Shown: piece by piece, positions 61,319 through 64,000 of the stretch
Numbering within the stretch: the stretch's first letter is position 1
Layout of the letters: every line of letters starts with the position of its first letter
DNA from: Solirubrobacterales bacterium
GTDB lineage: Bacteria > Actinomycetota > Thermoleophilia > Solirubrobacterales > JBBDJG01
NCBI GenBank assembly: GCA_035650255.1
Contig: DASRIA010000045.1
Coordinates: 42,461-106,460, forward strand
Reading direction: 5' to 3'
DNA length: 64,000 bases
Program-made: the position numbers and the translations under genes
The notes under the pieces: generated by a model
What the model saw: the letters and a program-made list of their open reading frames with translations, nothing else
What the model was told of the DNA's origin: nothing
The model's database searches: none

Positions 61319-63532
61319 CTACGCGCCGGACCTGATCGCAGGAGAAGCCGTCGCAGCCAATCGTTCCTTGAGCGCCGGCACGTACCGCAGGATCGTCTCG
61401 TCGGACCTGCCGTACCTGTCCCGGAACGTTTCCGTGAACTGCCGCCACATGCTCTCGGGATACGGCGCGGCGTTGTCCGGCCGCAGTCTGCTCAGCTTCT
61501 TCCGGAACTCGGCTTCCGACCTCGTGTAGTAGTGGTTGATCCGCAGGCGTGAGAACGACGTGAACGCCGTCGTTGCACCCAGGATCGGGTAGTGGTTCTC
61601 GTCGACGGCCAGGCTCCCGTCCTCGTAGCGGAAGTGATGCGGACCGAGGCATTCGGCCGTGCGCACCGGGTCGATGATGGTCTTGATGTGCCGATGCACT
61701 CTGGCATCGAAGCTACCGAGGTAGTTCTCGGTGACGAGTCCATCCGGCCTCGTGCGGTGGCCGGACGTGCCGAAGGTGAGTCGGCTCACGCCGACGCCGG
61801 GCCACGCTTCGTAGTCCGCCAACACCTCCGGCAGGGGCTGACCGGTCGATGCGAACAGGAACTCGTCGGTGTCTATGACCGCGACCCACCGGGCGCCTTC
61901 GCGGTGCTCTTCGAGTAGGTGGTTGTAAGCGGGCGTCTGGGGCGGGAACACGGTCCAGTCGTGCAGGACCACCACCCCTTCCTCGACGTAGGGTGCGAGC
62001 AGCTCACGCTGCGTCTCCCGGTCCCCGTTGTTGTAGAGAAAGAAGCGCTCCACACCGACGAGACGATGGAACTCGATCCACTCGCGCAGGTAGGGCGCGT
62101 CATATCCGAGACAGGCGCACACCGCGAGATACGGCATCGGCGGTCGATCCGCGCGGGCACGGTCCTCGCTCCCGGTGGGTCGCGTCGGCACTGCGGGCGC
62201 GTCAATCCTCCAGAGGGCGTCCTGGGTGGACCGCGAGAACCAGAGCGACGACAGGCAGACGAGGATCTGGACGTCGAGCATGTCGCGGACGCCGATCGGT
62301 TCTTCCTTCATCTCGGCCTCGATGCGGTTCGCGAACTCGAGCCGCTGTGCGTACTGCTCGGCGAGCGAGGCGCTGTGATCGAGGGAGAAATCCCTCAGTC
62401 GGCTCGCCTGGTAGCTGAATCGGCCGTGCCCCACTACCGGCGCGGATTCCGGGTCGACGACGAAGTTGAACAGGGACCCCAGCGTCATGAGCATCGCTGG
62501 ATCCGTCGCGATCTCTGCGGGCTGCGGTTCCGTGGCCGCTGTGGCGAAAGCTGCGAACCGCGCTGTGGGCTCCTCCTTCTCGAGGAAGCACCTGAGTGCA
62601 CGACGAAACTGGTCCTCGTCGGAGGACGCCCATCCTCGCGTCGCGTGCTCCACGTCGTCCCAGACCAGGTCGTAGAGGCGCTCGGGGTCGAATACCAGGC
62701 CCAGGAACGAGTCCAGCACGGCGGTGAGTGGCGCATCCCCGCGCGCTGCTTGGAGGACCGCTTGCCCGCGGCGGGCGACCTCGAGCATCCGGTCGCGCTC
62801 CTCGGGCTCGAATCTCGGATTGCCCCGCACATATGCCGCGTGCTTCAAAAACGCCTCCCACCGCTGATACGGGAGAACCTGTAGAGAGGCGATGCCGACC
62901 AGGCCCTGAACGTCGACCATGTCCCTGACGCCGATGTCCGCGGCCTTCATCTCGGCCTCGACAAGTCGCGCAACGGAGAGATGTGCCGCGTACTGCTCGC
63001 TCAGCGTGACCGAGGCGTCGGCTGCAAAGCCCGTCAGCCGCTCGATCTCCCGGCTGAAGTCGTTTGCACCCACGACCGGACAAGTCTCCGGCGCGACCGC
63101 GAAGTTGAGCAGCGAGCCGAACGCCATCACATCCCTCGCGTCCACGGCCAATCCGGCGCTCCGCGCATCCTCGGCAGCTTCCACGAACGTCGCGAAACGC
63201 CCGTCGGGCGATTCCTCGGAACGGAGGAAGGAGCCGAGCGCTCGCCGGAGCGAGGCTTCGTCGAATGAAAGCCAACTCCGCACCCAGGCCGCGACGGTCG
63301 CCGGGACGAGGTCGTAAGGCGGCTCCTCGCTCTCGAGCAGACCGAGAAGGTCCTCGAGCGGCCCTTGCAGCGGCAGGTCGCCGGCCGCGGCGTCCACCAA
63401 TGCCCTGCCGACCCGAGCGAGCTCGAGCTTCGTCGCCCGCTCACTGGTGTCGAACCAGGGATCGTGCAACTTGTAGGGCGCGGAGTGGATCATGAACAGC
63501 TCCCAGTCACGGGTCTTGGGGAGCGCGTTCAT
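61319..63532 (-). CDS. Glycosyltransferase (GT92/DUF23-like C-terminal domain) with an internally duplicated ~220-aa N-terminal domain
   Basis: C-terminus: YLAVCACLGYDAPYLREWIEFHRLVGVERFFLYNNGDRETQ...WVAVIDTDEFLF. The N-terminus holds two collinear repeats. Start at 63532 or 63493 (the track ORF begins at 63583). Confidence 0.6.
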   Translation of the reverse strand: MNALPKTRDWELFMIHSAPYKLHDPWFDTSERATKLELARVGRALVDAAAGDLPLQGPLEDLLGLLESEEPPYDLVPATVAAWVRSWLSFDEASLRRALGSFLRSEESPDGRFATFVEAAEDARSAGLAVDARDVMAFGSLLNFAVAPETCPVVGANDFSREIERLTGFAADASVTLSEQYAAHLSVARLVEAEMKAADIGVRDMVDVQGLVGIASLQVLPYQRWEAFLKHAAYVRGNPRFEPEERDRMLEVARRGQAVLQAARGDAPLTAVLDSFLGLVFDPERLYDLVWDDVEHATRGWASSDEDQFRRALRCFLEKEEPTARFAAFATAATEPQPAEIATDPAMLMTLGSLFNFVVDPESAPVVGHGRFSYQASRLRDFSLDHSASLAEQYAQRLEFANRIEAEMKEEPIGVRDMLDVQILVCLSSLWFSRSTQDALWRIDAPAVPTRPTGSEDRARADRPPMPYLAVCACLGYDAPYLREWIEFHRLVGVERFFLYNNGDRETQRELLAPYVEEGVVVLHDWTVFPPQTPAYNHLLEEHREGARWVAVIDTDEFLFASTGQPLPEVLADYEAWPGVGVSRLTFGTSGHRTRPDGLVTENYLGSFDARVHRHIKTIIDPVRTAECLGPHHFRYEDGSLAVDENHYPILGATTAFTSFSRLRINHYYTRSEAEFRKKLSRLRPDNAAPYPESMWRQFTETFRDRYGRSDETILRYVPALKERLAATASPAIRSGA

Positions 63533-63638
63533 CCGGACGAGTATAGGTCGTGCGGATGGACCGTTTCGAGGACCGGATACCATCGAAACTGCCGCAAATG
63601 GGCGGTTTTCAGCTTTGACCGAGATTCAGATAGACAGC

Positions 63639-64000
63639 GTGTTGCTTCCACCGGAGCCCTCCGATCAGCTGTGGGGCTGTTCCATCCAGGTTCCGCTGAT
63701 CGGTTCCGGCGATGTCGGGTTCTGGATTCACGTGGGCGGCTACGTCTCAGGTCGCTGGCGGCCGGCGGCGGCGGTCGAGTTCGTGGAGGCAGACAACGTC
63801 GTGAGGGTGGCCGCGGTCCGGATCTCTCGCCCCGATGTCGCTCTCAGCAGGCCCGGCGAGCGGGAGGTCGAGTTCTGCGGCTTCTACACACTCGTCGATG
63901 CGCGGAAGCTGTCGGCGGAGTTCGACCTGAGACTCGCCGCGATCCTCGAAGACGGGAGCCGCGTGCCCATGGGCTCCATCCGGGGGCGCCACCGGTATCA
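63639..64000 (+). CDS. Partial CDS running off the window end (hypothetical)
   Basis: Open frame from GTG 63639 with no stop up to 64000, not in the supplied track. Translation VLLPPEPSDQLWGCSIQVPLIGSGDVGFWIHVGGYVSGRW...RISRPDVAL...FCGFYTLVDARKL has protein-like composition and GC3 bias. Confidence 0.3.
   Translation, partial: MLLPPEPSDQLWGCSIQVPLIGSGDVGFWIHVGGYVSGRWRPAAAVEFVEADNVVRVAAVRISRPDVALSRPGEREVEFCGFYTLVDARKLSAEFDLRLAAILEDGSRVPMGSIRGRHRY

Overview
A very GC-rich window, consistent with a high-GC Actinomycetota-like chromosome. It is densely coding, with about 60 supportable CDS, 4 tRNA genes (Glu-CUC, Leu-CAG, Pro-GGG, Gly-UCC) and one clear cobalamin riboswitch. Most long ORFs in the six-frame track are GC-driven shadow frames. 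I chose real frames by recognisable protein families and by recurring 4-nt GTGA/ATGA start-stop overlaps, which also reset several start codons. Content from left to right:
- A secreted PQQ-type sugar dehydrogenase, a PPTase and small conserved proteins.
- A long minus-strand operon: folP-like, metallophosphoesterase, cyclic-2,3-diphosphoglycerate synthetase-like, 2-phosphoglycerate kinase-like, transaldolase, and a degenerate Rho-like protein.
- Secreted beta-propeller proteins and glpD.
- A B12-riboswitch-controlled operon encoding DUF4430-like secreted proteins, an ECF transporter (T, A-A') and an S-component fused to a terpene-cyclase-like toroid.
- An AEC transporter, two tRNAs, a GMC oxidoreductase, a Calx-beta protein and a PAS sensor.
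- A sugar ABC transporter with a GH13 glucosidase, then tandem FemAB-like genes and paralogous beta-helix proteins.
- A lower-GC degraded island next to tRNA-Pro, and a glycerol kinase / FAD oxidoreductase pair bracketed by tRNAs.
- An ECF sigma / anti-sigma pair, and a sortase with a His-rich collagen-like LAxTG substrate.
- A tannase-like hydrolase with TetR, DNA alkylation repair genes (tag, ATL), and a GT92-like protein with an internally duplicated N-terminus.

The best candidate for an undescribed system is the riboswitch-controlled ECF/DUF4430/alpha-toroid operon at 15260-22581. I interpret it as a 'split transcobalamin' corrinoid capture and import machine. All family assignments come from motif recognition by eye, not database searches.
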